Made by a program: the position numbers and the translations under genes
Notes under the pieces: generated by a model
What the model was told of the DNA's origin: nothing
The model's database searches: none
What the model saw: the letters and a program-made list of their open reading frames with translations, nothing else
Shown here: piece after piece, positions 38,798-50,643 of the stretch
Numbering within the stretch: position 1 is the first letter of the stretch
How the letters are laid out: each line of letters starts with the position of its first letter
Origin: Pseudogymnoascus verrucosus
Lineage: Eukaryota
NCBI GenBank assembly: GCA_001662655.1
Contig: KV460207.1
DNA length: 64,000 nt
Direction: 5' to 3' (one strand)

Positions 38798-39710
38798 GCT
38801 TATCACCGAATACCTCCCAAGTCGTGATCCCTGGTGTTCTGCATGGGTTTGAGAGAGATCTGGCTTGCCGCAAGGCTAACTTGGTTGGGCGGCTCTTGAT
38901 CCCAGCGACTTTTATTTGAACTCACTTTCCTTCCAACAAAGCATTTTACGACTGGAATTATTTTCTTATCTGATATAGCTCAGAGATGAACGATCTTTTG
39001 CGGGCGCCGTGAGCGATTGCTCTTGGCGCCCGGTCATCCAACGATTCAAACAACTCGACATTGACATTCGACAACTCGAGGCAGCCGACCTACTGGCTCG
39101 ACTTCTTATGGAAACGACGTCCTTTTCGAACCCTACGAGAATCGTCCTAATCTCGTCATCACGCGGCTATGATCAGAATAATCTCATAAGTTTACGAATC
39201 ACGAACGGCTTCTGCATTCTTGCTTGTCCACACACTTGATCGCTTTCGTTCGACCTCTTCGACTCTTTTCAAACACCAAACCTCTGACGAATAATTGGGG
39301 GATGTGTTTGAATATTATCCTTTGGTTTTCCGTTGGGCAGCCAGCGGGGTATTTTGCCAGGAACTGGAAATCAGATTTCCTGGCGGGTTAGGGAGAGGCA
39401 GTAGCTAGCAGTACAAGATCCAATACAAGCACGAACGTGTTCTTCGCAACTTCAAATTCTGATGATGACCTATGTGAATTGCCTAAGCTTTGTAGACTTT
39501 CCCCATTAAATATTGATACTGCTTTGCCTTTGATATTCGTCCACACATTCCTCTTGAGCCACATGTTGGAGGGGTAAATACTAGCTTCATCGTAATCGAT
39601 AGGGAAGACTCGGAGTCAACCCCGCATCCTATCTCTAGGTCCAAGCTTGGAATCAAGTCACCGATAAGAATTATCGTGAGTTCATAGACACACGAATAAG
39701 CCCCATTTAT

Positions 39711-40958
39711 TCATTCCGGCGTATCCTCCTGTTCTAACGGACACGCAACCCCCTCACCAGCCTCTTCTCCTTTCTCTTCCCTCCCCTTTCCCCTCCCCCT
39801 CCCCTTTCCCTTTCCCTTCCCCCTCCCACCACCCACCTCCCCCCTATTCATCCCCTTCCCCCCCGGCCCCTTCCTACCCCTAAACTCCTCCGGCAACTCC
39901 GCCACCTCTTTTCCCTCTTCCCACAAAACCCCTACCTCCTCCTTTTTCCTCCCCTCAACCCTCTTCCACACCCCCGTCCCCACCACCCCCTCCCCATCCC
40001 CCTCACTTAGTACAACCCCATTATCACTAACCCACCAACTTGTCCCCCCTTCCTCAAGACTCTTTCTCACATCCACATAAATAAGCACCTCCGCATCATT
40101 CCGCATCCCGCTTATCACCCCGCCCTTATCCTCCGGTAGGCCAGTGGAGAAGTGTATGTGGTTGCGGCTCATCTTTTTCAATCCCCCGCTGGCCACAATG
40201 GAGGGGTAGAAAGCGTAATACGTCCCGTGTACGACCACAGGGGGGACGTTATCCGCTTCCAGTGTGATTGGGGTCAGCAGCGCAGAGGAGTCGACGGCGA
40301 TGCTGTGCCCTTGGTTGGCGCGGATGAGCCAGTCGGAGGGGATGGTGGAGGTGGGTTCCGGGAGTGGGACGAGCCGAGGGTTGGGTTTTAGGGCGAAGCG
40401 CTGCTTGCTGTTGTCGCTGACGGCGGTGAGGATGTCGGCGAAGGTTACTTTGAGGGACTTGAGGCGGTTCCATTGGAGCTGTGAGGGGGTCAGCTGATGT
40501 TGTGTGGTTTCTAGAGAACAATCCGTGAAGCAAAACAAGCACCACCAGCAGTACAGCAAAGCACTTCAAAACCCGCCTTGCCCATCAACAGCCCTCCAAG
40601 AACAAGGATATCCCATCAACAGCATCAAAATATCCATCACATGACCCCTCCGTTTTCAACCTCTCCTCCTCCCCCCACGATGAAGAAAAGAAAAGCACAA
40701 ACTCACCACCTCCCCCACCCCCGCAAACCCCTCATCATCAAGCTCCAACCCCGCCTTCACAGCATCGTGTCTCAGCAGCTTACTCAGCGCCTTCGAGACC
40801 TGCACTTCCCTGCTCTGCCCGCCGCCGCCGCCGCTGCGACCTTTTCCGCCCCGCGATGCCCCACCTCCACTACCACCGCCGGCGCCTGACTTGCGGCTCT
40901 GCGGGGGCGGCGCATCTTGGTGCTGGTCGGCGAGGGCCTGCTCGCCTGTTGAGGACAT
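39711..40958 (-). CDS. TPT1: tRNA 2'-phosphotransferase (Tpt1/KptA); intron ~40479-40706
   Basis: VSKALSKLLRHDA, KQRF, IRANQGHS, HGT, MSRNHIHFS, SDNGVVL. Confidence 0.93.
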
Positions 40959-41804
40959 GGCGGATTTGAGATATGGTATATTTTTGGGAGGGAAGGAAAT
41001 ATGTGTTTGGGGCTTGATATAAGTTTTGCAGTGGTGGGAGGTTTATGGGAATGGCGCGCTCGCTTACAACGGCGGGAGTCATCGTCACCGAAGCTGCGCA
41101 AATAGTAGACATTAAGCAGATATTATCGAACGAAAGAAGTCCCAGGGTATACTGAAGAGTCTATTCTGTGGATTTTAGTTTATTGACTCTATTAACCCTC
41201 CAGAGTTACACAGTCACTACATAGACACCGGCTCGCTGCATTAGAAGCAAAAAGACTTCACAATCACAATCACAATCACATATCACCACCAAGAACAGCC
41301 AGCACAGCCATAGCTCAACAAAATGTATCTGCAATAATCTCCGACCCTCGTCTCAGGCCACAAGCTAGAAGTACATCTCAGGAAAAAACCCACCTCATCG
41401 GTGATCTAGCCAGTAGTAGCTCATTTACCCCCCCCTAGTAAAGCAACCAGCTCCATCCATACATCGTCCAGGGTATAAGCCTCCAATAATCGTAGTTCAT
41501 GCCTCGCATATCTCGTCCGTCTCGTTCTTTTCCCAGCCATGCGTGAAAGCAATGCTATCTTGGAAAACAGCTCATCTCGAAGCCAAAGTGCTCATGATGA
41601 TGACCGAGCATGATACGGCGTTGAGTTTCCCCGCTCAAAAGTAAAAGCAAACCCCACCCGTCGACCCTGTCCGTCCCGCCCCTCCCAGAAAACTCCATCA
41701 CTCCTATCGTACACCCGCCCCGTCCCTTGAGTATGCTATGTAGCAACAATGGTTTATACATCACCCCCTCCATCGCTCATCCGCAACTAAAACAAAGTAA
41801 AAAA

Positions 41805-44650
41805 TCAAGGTGTCTGCGCCACCGCGCCGCCAGCAACACTACTCCTCGCCCTCACCCTTCCGCTTGGGTTAACCATGCTCCTCGTCCTATTAATCCCCGC
41901 ATCCATACTCTGCGTAACGCTCACCGGCAGCCTCTGCCCCCTCTCCTCCGCAAGCCTCCCAGCAACACTACTCGTATCCCTCTCCGGCGTCGAGCGATCG
42001 AGATACCTCCTAGCTGAAGACAAGGTCGGAATCGTACTCGACGGCGACAGATTACTGAAATACTGTCTCCTCGCCGGCAAGTTCGAGATCGTCGACGGTG
42101 CCCGTTCCGGCAGCGGCTGCTGACTCGTATACTCCCTAGGCGAGTTCCTCGCAAACCCAATCTCCGTCGTTGCCCGTGACGGCGCCCTGGGCTTGACGTC
42201 GCCGCCGCCGTCGTCGGTCTCGCGCTCTTCGGTCCCGGCGCGCTGGCGGCGGAGCATGATCGAGGTGCGGCGACCGGCTAGGGAGGAGGATTGGGTAGGT
42301 GTTGTGGTCTCGGCAGGGGTGAAGCGTGGGCTCGGGATGGCGTTGTCTGGGATAGTAAAGCGCGGGCTTGGGAGGGCGCTGGTGGCGAGTAAACTGCTTC
42401 GTCTTGCCTCCATTCTGCTGAGCGCGCGACTCGGGCTTTGCTTTGCTCTAGCCAATGCATCGTTTGATGCAATGATCTGGCGGGGAGAGGGTTCCATCTC
42501 CTCAACTTGGGCCTGGAGCTCCTTGCCTCGGCTCATTGGCCTGACTGGAGTAGCTGCTCCAAGCTGGGATGTGGTATCAGACAACGCAATGCAGAGCTCT
42601 GTCAAGCTTCTGCACATGCTCTCTGCCTTCCTTCGAAGCTGTCGATCCGCTATACTTCCCCCATTAGGCCCAATCACGGAGTGGCCGCTGGAAATCGGTT
42701 GGCCGACACTACCGACCATCGAGGCAACACCAAGGGCATCTGATGCTGCATTCTCCAGTGCCTTGTATAAGTCCGGGGTCAAAACTGTTTTCGACTTCGC
42801 AAGAGCTGCATGTAATAAAGGATGGGCCTCGCCGGCGTGAGCAGCATCGCCACTATTATCCACAATAGACGTGCTCGCTCCCCGCCCTCTCTTCGGTGAC
42901 GTCGATATCGTAGTAGCCGTGGTCGTGGCAGTCGGGGGTCTCTCCCCAGTGGCGCGCGAGACAGCGGCGCCTGAAGTCGCCGGTGGCTTACCGGTCAATT
43001 CCAGTTTTCGTATCCTCGACTTCAAGTCGTCCAGTTCGTCCCAGACAGTCGACGGTGCTGTAGTAGATGCCGTTCCATCGTCAGTGCTCCCTGTAACCGT
43101 GGCTGGCTCTGGGGTGATTTCCGGCTCAGCCATTCTTCCTACAAGCGGGGAAGAATTATAGATTCGTGGGGTAGAGAAGGATGACAAGTTCGATTGGCGA
43201 TATGTGTGCCCTCGTACCTGCGAGCCTCCGGTGGACTCAGGTATAGACGGCCTCCTTCCAGAAGCAGAAGACTGCGCGTCATATGTGGGCTCTCGAGTAT
43301 TGAAAACCCTGGGGGTCACCGGCGTTGTTCTGGTCGCCGACGGCGGGTATCGTGACTTATTAAGGTCTAACGGACTCGCTGGACTCGAAGCAGCGCGGCC
43401 GTGTGAGTAAGCATTATAACCTTGGCGATCTGTTCGTTGACTCGGCGGTGTTCCCTCGTTTCCTCTTGAGGAGTAAGAAGTCGACACGCTCTGCAAATCG
43501 GAGCCGCGACGAGGCATCGGATTCGGATATGAATTTGTGAGTGGTGGTAGCGACGAGCGATTATTGGGGAGCGCGATACGGGACTACATGTTTATTAGTG
43601 GGGAAGTCGTTGAAGAAAGTGAGGGTTTTGAGGCTCGTGCGGATATTCAAGGAGATAGCTAGACAGGGGACTTGAAACGGGAACGTGCCAGCAACGTGTG
43701 AAACGCCGCGCGATATCAGGACAGGGGTGAATGGAAGCATCGGGCCAACTTACAGTGCGCCTATTAGTTGTGGTGGTGGGCTGGTCTTGCGGGTAGCCGT
43801 GCGATAAGTCGTCCAGCGCAAGGTCGAGAAACAGATCCTCCGTCCCGCCATTGTTGCGAGTCTGATCACGATACTCTTGCTCCCTCGAAAACGTATCTCT
43901 CCTGCTATTATCCTCGTAACCCTCCAAAGCCCTTAAAGTCTGGTCGCGGTCCTCGCGGTCATCCGCTCCGTCATACTGGTAGTAAGGCCTGCTATCCATC
44001 CCTAGCGATGTGCGAGTCGCAGACGATCTGAACGATCGAATAGGCGGTATCCGCGGCCGAGTTTCTGTCGTCGGCAAGCTCACAGTCTTCTTCCTTTGTG
44101 GCGTTCTACTATCCTTTGTGGGTTCTGGGCCCGCAGCCGGCAGGGTAGACTGCAGGTTTCCTAGAGTGAGTTTCTGCTGGGCCAATGCCCACTGTGTCGT
44201 TGATGTGTTCGGCGGCCGGACAGGCGATTCGGGTGGGAACGAGTGCTGTGTACTCAGAGCAGGTGGTGGGCCGGTGTGCGTCTCGATACCATTGCTGCTA
44301 CGCGATGCGGGCGGCCTTCGGCCTCTTCTCGGTTCCTGGACCTTGGAGGAGCTGTTGGGCGGGTAGCTGGTGGTACGAGGTTCGGTAGAATTAGCTAGTG
44401 CGCGTTCCTGTTCGCGCGGCGATGTGGTCTGCGACTTTGTCGTGATGCGCTGTACAGCTGTGTCGGAGACGGATCGGTTGATGTGGGAACGCGGAGTAGT
44501 AGCAGGAGCAGTCAGGGAGGAGTCGGGTAGCGTGTGTGATCGTTGTAAATCGGCAAACCTGAAGGCGGGAAGCTTGCTGGGAGTATGGTCGAGTCGGTGG
44601 GCGTGAAGGTTGCTCGATTTGTCAGGATAGTGTGGTTCGTCGCAATCCAT
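41805..44650 (-). CDS. Ser/Thr/Arg-rich, largely disordered hypothetical protein with short helical blocks; intron ~43584-43753
   Basis: Two long ORFs joined by GTAAGT..TAG; blocks LPAFRFADL, PSTVWDELDDLKSRIRKLEL, HPLLHAAL, MCRSLTELCIAL. Confidence 0.75.
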
Positions 44651-47374
44651 GGTCTCTCGAGAAGAAGCAATACAGGGAAGCCGATATTATTCATGGAGAG
44701 GCGAGCGGGCAACACGTGCGTAGTCATGCATCAGCTGGAGGAGGGCGCATACCAGCAGGAGCTGAGAGTGAGCTGTCAGGCCTACAGTCACTGGCGAGAA
44801 GCAGCAGATTGGTAGTATATTATCATTAACAACGACGACGACAAGGACAATGACAGATGACAGCGACAGTAACAATGGAGAAGATGACGGCAATTGGTGA
44901 CGGGTCGAGGCCTAACTACTAATACAACTACTGTGCGGAGGGGAAGTTGAACTAGTTTAAAGGGCACCCGCGCCATCCACAAACAGAGCTACAAGTACGA
45001 GACAGGTTGATTCAAGTCGGTTGAAGGCACAGTTATGTTACAATTGTGTCAGTATCGCATGCACAAACAGTATAAAGCATGGAATACCGTCGTACCAATC
45101 GTTACCAGGACTCTCAAACGGACGAGGGATCAAAGTGGTTATTTTGTTATTGCCCGTCTATCGCCTGGAGAGATTAACAGTGGCACCAGCTACCAGCATG
45201 GAAAATAGCTCGACGACGCCCACAGCGTGGCAGAGGGAATGGCGCACAGAAGTTAGCAGAGTGGTAGTGGAGTTGAGGTAGGGATCAGAGCAACAAATAT
45301 GCAGGTGCCACAGTCTCAATCACACTCTGTTGCTCCACGGCTATTGTCATTGTCCAGGTGTGTCCAGGGTCCAATAGAACCCTGAGAAATTGTGCATTTT
45401 CGCGATTTCACAAATAATTTGAGGGGAAGAGAGACATGAGCGAGACACGACAGGACAAGGCGAGCTGATCGGAGACAGATGTCAGCTGCGAGACGACAAA
45501 CACGCCCATAACCACGAGACATTGAGGGCAATCCAGATCTGCATAACCACTGCCACAACAACAACACAAACGCTCACGCAAACGAAGCCACGCTATAGCG
45601 CATCTCGCGATAACCGGGCACCCACGCCGATCCCAGCTCCCAAAGCGCCGATCGCCTGCTCTCGGATAATGTGGCTGTTCCTGGAAGGGGAGGGAAGACA
45701 TACACGCCAGCCGCTACTATTGCGCCGGTAGCAGGGTATACACTGACGGTAGCAGGGGATGCAGCTGTCTAGAGCAGGGGATATATCGCATGGGCGAGGG
45801 AGGAGAGATTAAAGGAGCCCTCTTAGGATCCCTATCCATCCATCAACATCCAAGTCGGCATCCAAGTCGACGTGTCAGCTTTCTCGGGCGGGGAAAACAC
45901 ACCCTCTATTCAACCATACGGCGGTAGAGATGGGGATGGGAATGTCTGACGCATCCGTTCCCGGCATCTCTCGCAGCGCCAGCATCCGTCTCCCCCAAAC
46001 CCTCCCTCCCATCCCGTCCGTCCCGCACGACATGAACCCGCTCACCCACATACATCTCCCTCCCTATCCTGCACGACCACCACAGACGGCATCTGCACAA
46101 CCACCACATACAGCTCACAGACCAGACAGCTGCTGCACAACCACCACACCACGCATCCCCCACCACCCATCCATCCCCAACCTCCCCTCCTACACATGCA
46201 CGACACATAACCTACCATTCGCGCCCTCTCAGCCGCCTGATCCGCTGCGGTGTTGTGCTGTATGCTATGGTGGAGTAGAGGACATGCGCGCTGTGCACGG
46301 TGCCGCCAGTGGAGGTCCACCACGTCTGGGTCCACCTGGGCGTTGTTTATGTGGGTTAGTGAGCTGTGCGTCGACGACTTCGGCATATAGAAGTCGAGTC
46401 AATATATCAGAGCGACGTGTGGACTCTCTACTCGGGCAAAACTATAGTCTGGTGAGTGAGCACCCCAGCCCAAGCTATCGAGTTCCCCAACCTCCTCAAG
46501 CCCCAATCTGGCCAGCCCAAGCCATCCCTCACCTCACCTCCCTAAGAGTAGAGTAGAGTATAATTCTGCAGAACAAGCGGTGTGCCCTGCTTCCGTGTTT
46601 CACTCCCTCCCTCTCTCCACCCTGCCCGCCTGCCGCCGCTGTCTCGCGTCCTCCCCTCCTCTCCTCACAGCTCGTTTATCGTAATGTCTCACCTCGCGCT
46701 GTACCGCAGCGAGGTAGATCACAGTTACAGGACTGTCACATTTTTGTGCTCTCTGTGGTGTAACTACCCGAGTAGCGAGTAGCGAGAGAGAGAGAGAAAG
46801 GAAATTCCGGGTGCTGGGGCGCGCGGTGCGGGGTGCGTGCGTGCATACACTGTTGTATACCGTTGTGTCGAGAGGTGAGGTTATACAGTACAGACATTGA
46901 GGATACACGACTGATGAGACGCGGTCTGAGGTCTGATGCATAGTGACCTGTGTGAACCCCCAACGGTCTGGGAATCCGCGAGGTTGGGAGGAGATGTCGA
47001 GTGTGTGTGGTTGGGGGGGGGAAGGGGGGACGCGTGAATTTTGGAACGGGGATTCACGATATATAACATATCATATCATATATAAACACATATAGACAGA
47101 GCACAGACACGATATACCACAGCTAGACAATTATGATAATAATAGTAATATATTAAGACAGATGTATACCCTGGGCGGCACGGAACCAAGCTACCAGGAG
47201 TAACAATCATGTTTTGTCTACCAACCGACCTTAATGGCCATCCTATCCACCCTCATATGGGTCACGTTTTTCCGTTCCTTTCCCTTTGCCAGACGCCAAA
47301 ATCCCTTTTTTGTGTTGTGTGTGTGAATGCCCAAAAAACAGTTAATTAATTGGGAGTATCCCATGGAGAGGTGC

Positions 47375-50300
47375 TTAGTATGCCTCCAACTTCGCCAAGC
47401 GCTTCGACATGCTATTGTAATTGTTAGTATTATGATCTAGAAGAGTAGATATGGGAGGGAGTAAAACTTACAAATCAAAGAAAGCAAACTGGCTAGTCGA
47501 AGTACCAAACTCATAAACGAATCTCGAGGCCAAGTAGCTGCCAAAGATAGACCTCAAGTAGTTATCGGGCACGCGCTCAATAATCGCATCGAGGCCAATC
47601 TTATCCAGCAGCAACTTGGGCAGGGCATCCTTGAGCACCGAGCGGCGCAGAGGCTCGTTGTGCCAGAGCTCCGTGTTCTGCAACTCCTCATCAAGCTTGG
47701 TAATCGCGATACTGAGAGTATCACTGAGAACCGAGCGGGCCACGCCAGTCTCGGCGTTCTCGCGCCAGATGGCCTCGAACTCGAGACGCGCGTTGCGCTT
47801 GATGACCTCCTGCACCTCAGCGACGTAGGCCTTGTAGAAAGCGGGCGCCTCGCCGTCAGCACCGACGCACATGTGCTTGAGGAATCCCTCGTCGTCGAAG
47901 GAGAGGGAAGCGAGGACCTCGAGGGAGGAGGAGGTGACACCACCCTTGTTGGCGGAGGCGTCCTTGTAGAGGATGCAGCCAGCCGCTTCGAGGCGGAGCT
48001 TGGCGTCCTGGGCGATGAAGAGGTTGGCGCCCTCGACGATGTAGGGGATGAGGGACTTGCCGTCTTGGATCAGCTTGTTGCAGCTGACGAGGTCGATGGA
48101 CTCGGGGCGGCCACCGCAGGGGACGAAGATGTCGGTCAGGCCGGTGTGGCGGAGGTGGAAGGTGTTGCGGAAAGTCATGCCGTTGGGGATGACTTCGCCG
48201 CTGGGGAGGGTGACATCGGTCTCGTCGAGAAGGATGCGATAGCCGTCCTTGGAGAGCTTGGTGATATCGAACTCCGAGATCATGACGCGCTTCTTGGCGA
48301 GGCGGAGGAGCTCGGCGTGGTTGATTCCGTTGGGGTCTACGAGGACACCGGCACCGTCGACGATGGAGGTGTACTTCTCGTTGCTGAGGAGGATCTCGTT
48401 GGAGCCGAGATCGCCGTCAGGGCCACCGGTCTGCATCTTGCGGACAGTGGAGGGGTCGAGGTTCAACTTGCGGTAGATACCTGTGACGTACTCGCGGACC
48501 GAGAGGGTGGTCATACCGTAGTGGTCGTGGGGAATTCCACCAAGCTTGGGGCTCTTGCCAGTGAAGAAAGACTTCCACCATGGGGCACCACGCTTGCGGG
48601 CGTGCTCGGTGGCCCAGTCGACCAGCTCAGCGGTGTTCTCATCAGGGCCCATGAACAGGATCTCCTGCTTGCCGTAGAGGTCGACAATGGGGTCCTTGAT
48701 ACCTGGGCTGACGGGTGGCAGGAGAAGATCCATGATCGAGTCAATGTACTTCTCGAAAGCCACGCTACCCTTGTCCTGCTGTTGGGGGTCAAGAAGGATG
48801 ACACCCTTGGATCCACCCTCGGGGATATCCTTGTTCTTCCTCTGCTGGGTGTTGGCCAGGCCATAGTTCTCGTCGAACATTCTCCTCGCGTTGATGGCGA
48901 ACGCCTCGCGATTCCTCGACTTGACGATACGGATACCGCCACGGGAGATGTCGCGGAAGCGGAGATGGAAGCCACGAGCCTCGGAGGAGATGACGAGGAA
49001 CATGCCATACAATGGCTGCGGGTACTCAATCGCTGGTAAGAACGATGGGTCCATGCGGAAGCTCAGGGCGACCTTGGTGGGGGTGAAGAAGTTGGTCTTC
49101 AGGACGGACTTGTTGAAGGTGCGGAAAGCATCCATGACAAGCTGCTCGTGCTCGTTGTTGACAGTCCTGGAAATGAGGTCCTCGAGGGCCTTGTCGCCGA
49201 GAACATCGACTGGGGTAGTGGGGATGGACTCCTCATTCGCGAGGCCGGCGTGGAAGTGAGTGTCGGCGAAGCTCGAGTAGAGAGATCTGACGAGATCTGG
49301 GTATTGTCCAATAATCTCCAGGATATAAGCAGCGGTGAAAGTCTCGGTACGGAGACGGCGCTTGATGTTGGATAGAACCTCAGCGTGGGCTCCGTTCGTG
49401 GAGTCCAAAGCCGAAACCAACGAGGCGTACTCGGATCCCAGTCTGTTGAGGAAGTGCTGCACGAACACCCACACGCAGTGACCGTAGATGGTCTCCTGAA
49501 GGCTCAAACGGCCAACAGCGAACATGTTCTGAAACTTGTTCTGTGGGATACAGTACAGAAGAGAGATCTCGCGAACGATGTGGCGGATCGAGGTGTCAAT
49601 GGGAGGGTACTTGGAGCCGGGCTCGAGGGCGCTGGCAGTGGGCTTCAGGTAGATCGAGATAACAGTAATGCCGTTGGAGAACTGCTCGACGTACTTCCTG
49701 GAGCTGGTGACACCGTAGTAATGGTACAGATCACTCAGGGCGCAGAAAAGCCCCATGGCTCTGCGCTGGCGGAAGGCAACAACCAGGCGCTTCTCTTGGG
49801 AAGCCTCAATGTCGAAGGCCTCAATAACGGGACCTGTGCGTGCAACAGCCATCTCAATGATGTTCTGGTAGATTTGCATGGTGTTCTTGGTGGCCTTGGC
49901 CAAGAAGCCGCGGTCACCAATGACGTGGAGCCTGGTGTCCAGCGGGTCTGGATTCGAGTCGACGAACTGGCACTGGTAGACGAAGTAGCAGCGCATCGTC
50001 GCGGCGGACGATGGGTGGATCTTGGCGGGCGAGCGGAAAGTCTCGACTCTGAATCTCCTGTTCTTGTCGCCGCCATCGAGGTACTTGGCCTCGAGTCTCT
50101 GCTCATACCTTGGGCCGCCGGTGTTGCTGATACCGGGCTCGCTGGTGTCGATGTAGATGGCATGGTCGGTGGCCTCCATGTCAAGTCTGATCTCCTGGCG
50201 CTTATCTTCGCGAGCGGATGCAGCGACCTTGGCGGCGTAGAGAGAGGTGATGTGGCTCTTGATGGCCTCGGGTGTCTCGGTCTGGAAGTAGACATCGTCG

Positions 50301-50643
50301 ATGCCTAGGTCCTTGTAGAACCACTCGACTTGGGCATCGATGTGGTCCGCGGGGATCCAGGAGCCCTCAGTGATCAATCTCTTGACTAAAGCAGTCTGTT
50401 AGTTTGTGTATCTTGTTTGTAGTGTGGGAAGTATTCACCTTCATTGATCTGGGCCTCCTTGCCCTCAAACGGAGGTGCAATGTATCCAACGGTCGCTGAG
50501 CGAAGGACTCTGTGTCCATTTGAGCTGTTGAGGCTCAAGTGAGCTGGCTGCGGAGAAGGTATCCGACCGGGTGTCCTGATGACATGTTCGAGCAACTTAT
50601 TCGCGATCCCAGACTCGCTGGAAGGTGTCGACGTAGCAGTCAT
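47375..50643 (-). CDS. GDH2: NAD-specific glutamate dehydrogenase (large fungal type); two probable 5'UTR introns (~50674-50832 and ~50930-51046)
   Basis: GFHLRFRDISRGGIR, QQRKNKDIPEGGSKG, GPDENTA, QTGGPDGDLGSNE, EGANLF, ANKGGVTSSSLEV; last exon MSKRLAKLEAY. Confidence 0.96.

Noticed and set aside
39598..39677. Cluster of short palindromes (TCCAAGCTTGGA, CGATAAGAATTATCG)
   Set aside because: Short, unlike any ncRNA I recognise, and compatible with chance.
45930..46556. 208-aa Pro/His/Thr-rich ORF with a short direct repeat (CTGCACAACCACCACA twice)
   Set aside because: Explained by a C-rich intergenic tract; no recognisable coding features.
47660..50308. Long + strand ORFs (459 and 307 aa) antisense to GDH2
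   Set aside because: Shadow ORFs caused by strong C-ending codon bias; no independent motifs.
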